NCBI GenBank assembly: GCA_002432655.1
Contig: DJFZ01000006.1
Coordinates: forward strand, 16,236-76,169
Source of the DNA: Thiotrichaceae bacterium UBA5859
Lineage (GTDB): Bacteria; Pseudomonadota; Gammaproteobacteria; UBA5859
Length of the DNA stretch: 59,934 nucleotides
Reading direction: 5' to 3'
The notes under the pieces are model-generated. The model had not been told where the DNA came from, ran no database searches, and saw nothing but the letters and a program-made list of their open reading frames with translations. This document shows positions 58,085 through 59,934 of this stretch, piece after piece; the stretch's first letter is position 1, and every line of letters starts with the position of its first letter. The position numbers and the translations under genes are program-made.

Positions 58085-59338
58085 ATGAAAATGAAAACAT
58101 TTGTCTACGGATTGGCGCTCGGACTAGGCGGATTACAGCAGCCAGCCATTGCTACAGATGGCTTGTACGTGGCCCCTGGTGTTGGCTATCAGTCCTTTGA
58201 CAGCGATCTAAATTTGGAGGACGCAGCCTTCCCCAATCTTGGTATCGGATACCGCTTTGATTCCCCTTGGGCGGTGGAGTTGAATGCCAATCAGACCCCG
58301 TCGGAGTTAGAAACTACTGGTACAGATGTTGATGTAACTGGATATCGCCTGGACGGTTTGTATCACCTCAATTCCACAGATCAATGGCAACCTTATCTGG
58401 TTTTAGGAGTGGGAGAAGTGGAGTACGAACCAGACACAGGGGTGGAAACTGATCAACCTCAGGTAAACGTTGGCGCAGGAGTCGCACGTTATATTTCAGA
58501 CAATTTTATGACTCGTGCAGATATTCGAGCACTTCATGGCCATGATGAGTCAAATACAGATGCCATGATTCAGCTCAGTCTAGGGTGGATTTTCGGTGAC
58601 AAAACACCCATTGATACTGATGGCGACGGTGTGATCGATAAAAAAGACCAATGCCCGGCTACACCAACCGGGGCAATGGTGAATCTTGAAGGATGCCCTC
58701 TGGATTCTGATCAGGATGGCGTACCGAATGGTATCGATCAATGCCCCAATACGGCAAAAGACGTTAAAGTGAATCGCAAGGGCTGTATCCCTGATACAGA
58801 TAAGGATGGTGTGACAGACAATCTCGATAAATGTCCCAAAACACCTGCCACAGTTAAGGTCGATAGCGTGGGATGTCCTGTCGATTCAGATGGCGATGGT
58901 ATTGTGGACTACCTGGACAACTGTGCCGATACGCCGAAAGGTGCAAAGGTAGACAATCAAGGTTGTCGAGTACTGCTCACAGACGAGGTCAGCATTTCCA
59001 TGAACTTGAATTTCAAAACGGGTTCAGCGGAAATATTAACCTCTCATCACGAGCAATTGAATCGTGTCGGCCAGTTTCTGATTCAGTATCCGGATTCCAA
59101 AGCAGTTGTAGAAGGCCATACGGACAGCATGGGTGATGCCTCTATGAATCAAGCACTATCACAAAAACGTGCTGAAAGTGCTGTGGACTACTTGGTGAAA
59201 AAATTCAACATCGACCGCGCAAGGATCTCCGCATTAGGCAAAGGTGAATCAGAGCCTATCGCGAGTAATAGCAGCAGAGAAGGTCGTGCACAAAACCGAC
59301 GCGTAGTAGCGGTTATTAAAGCTACAGTAAAAAAATAA
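58085..59338 (+). CDS. OmpA/OprF-family outer membrane protein with TSP3-like repeats
   Basis: Signal peptide, beta-barrel (PYLVLGVG), four DxDxDG..D.C repeats and an OmpA-C domain (EGHTD, NQALSQKRA, NRRV). Confidence 0.94.
   Translation: MKMKTFVYGLALGLGGLQQPAIATDGLYVAPGVGYQSFDSDLNLEDAAFPNLGIGYRFDSPWAVELNANQTPSELETTGTDVDVTGYRLDGLYHLNSTDQWQPYLVLGVGEVEYEPDTGVETDQPQVNVGAGVARYISDNFMTRADIRALHGHDESNTDAMIQLSLGWIFGDKTPIDTDGDGVIDKKDQCPATPTGAMVNLEGCPLDSDQDGVPNGIDQCPNTAKDVKVNRKGCIPDTDKDGVTDNLDKCPKTPATVKVDSVGCPVDSDGDGIVDYLDNCADTPKGAKVDNQGCRVLLTDEVSISMNLNFKTGSAEILTSHHEQLNRVGQFLIQYPDSKAVVEGHTDSMGDASMNQALSQKRAESAVDYLVKKFNIDRARISALGKGESEPIASNSSREGRAQNRRVVAVIKATVKK
58613..58972 (+). repeat. Four tandem 90-bp (30-aa) TSP3-like coding repeats
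   Basis: DTDGDGVIDKKDQCP / DSDQDGVPNGIDQCP / DTDKDGVTDNLDKCP / DSDGDGIVDYLDNCA, each unit ending ..GC. Confidence 0.9.
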
Positions 59339-59360
59339 CGCGCGAATACTCAAAACTTCG

Positions 59361-59390
59361 AAGCGGGCCCCTTGGCCCGCTTTTTTATTT
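59361..59390 (+). terminator. Rho-independent terminator after the ompA-like gene
   Basis: AAGCGGGCC-cctt-GGCCCGCTT followed by TTTTATTT. Confidence 0.9.
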
Positions 59391-59669
59391 CGTTCTCGAT
59401 GACAAATAGATTGCCAATGTTCATCAATCGCTGCAAGTGCGCCGAACCACCACTGAGAGAATCGGTACTATTCGCTTTTCGCTGTAAGTTGTCTGAGTCA
59501 AATCTTCAGACCTGGATAACTAAATGATCCGAGCACTCTAGATGTTTGGTTGCCATTGACTCCAGAGACACATAATATTGGTTGTCCCGATGACACAGCA
59601 TTCGTTGCGGATCTGTGTTGATTGCACAATATGATTTACGCCAAGCGGCCGTGTCAGGAGACACTCAAC

Positions 59670-59934
59670 ATGATCATACTTCACCAATTTGAAATCTCCC
59701 CATTTTGCGACAAGATTCGACGAATACTGAACTACAAAGGGCAAACCTTTAAAGTCCGTGAAGTGAGCATCATGGATACTGCGAAAGGCACCATAAAAAA
59801 GGTAAATAGAATTGGCAAGCTTCCCGCGTTAGATATTGATGGCAAGATCGTCTGTGATTCCACCAATATTGCCTATGCCTTGGAAGAACGTTTTCCCAAC
59901 CCCCCGGTGATCCCAACCGACCCTCGGCAACGCG
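59670..59934 (+). CDS. Glutathione S-transferase family protein (3'-truncated, absent from the ORF track)
   Basis: AGGAG RBS, then MIILHQFEISPFCDKIRRILNYKG...GKLPAL...VCDSTNIAYALEERFP. Open to the window end. Confidence 0.9.
   Translation, partial: MIILHQFEISPFCDKIRRILNYKGQTFKVREVSIMDTAKGTIKKVNRIGKLPALDIDGKIVCDSTNIAYALEERFPNPPVIPTDPRQR

Noticed and set aside
59538-59744. 68-aa minus-strand ORF
   Set aside because: It overlaps the real plus-strand GST gene starting at 59670, which has an RBS and family motifs.
1-59934. CRISPR arrays, transposases, prophage genes, and the many short ORFs nested in or antisense to long genes
   Set aside because: No regularly spaced repeats or mobile-element motifs were found by eye. 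The nested ORFs lack family motifs and overlap well-supported genes.

Overview
The window is bacterial chromosomal DNA, most likely gammaproteobacterial (inferred from nudF-yqiB-cpdA, OprF-type OmpA and the tRNA). It has five blocks. (1) 1-24 kb: a group 3d NAD-linked [NiFe]-hydrogenase (hoxFUYH, hoxW, hypA/B/E) interlocked with glucokinase and a glycogen cluster (glgP, malQ, GH57, glgC, glgB, glgA), followed by a small Cys-rich protein and a P-type ATPase. This block has a perfect FNR box and two sigma-54 promoter motifs. (2) 26-31 kb: two tandem acyl-CoA ligases, a DUF35/OB-fold protein and a thiolase-fold protein. The DUF35 protein lacks its Zn-ribbon cysteines and the thiolase-fold protein lacks its catalytic cysteine. 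(3) 31-45 kb: a tightly coupled 10-gene operon, the best candidate for an undescribed system. It combines WbpB/E/D-type amino-sugar synthesis, GT2, GT4, a UPF0104 flippase-like protein, a large GT-C/GT39 enzyme with a jelly-roll N-terminus, a membrane TPR protein, a secreted unknown protein, and a TolC plus membrane-fusion-protein pair with no inner-membrane pump. (4) 45.6-46.4 kb: frameshifted remnants of an adenylate/guanylate cyclase and a TPR protein, both missed by the ORF track. (5) 46.5-60 kb: housekeeping genes (cpdA, yqiB, nudF, moeA, rhodanese, tRNA-Arg(CCT), Leu dehydrogenase with E1a/E1b/E2, ubiG), a catalytically dead subtilase-like protein, OmpA/OprF and a partial GST. I found no CRISPR array, intact IS or prophage. 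All family assignments come from motif recognition by eye, not from database searches.
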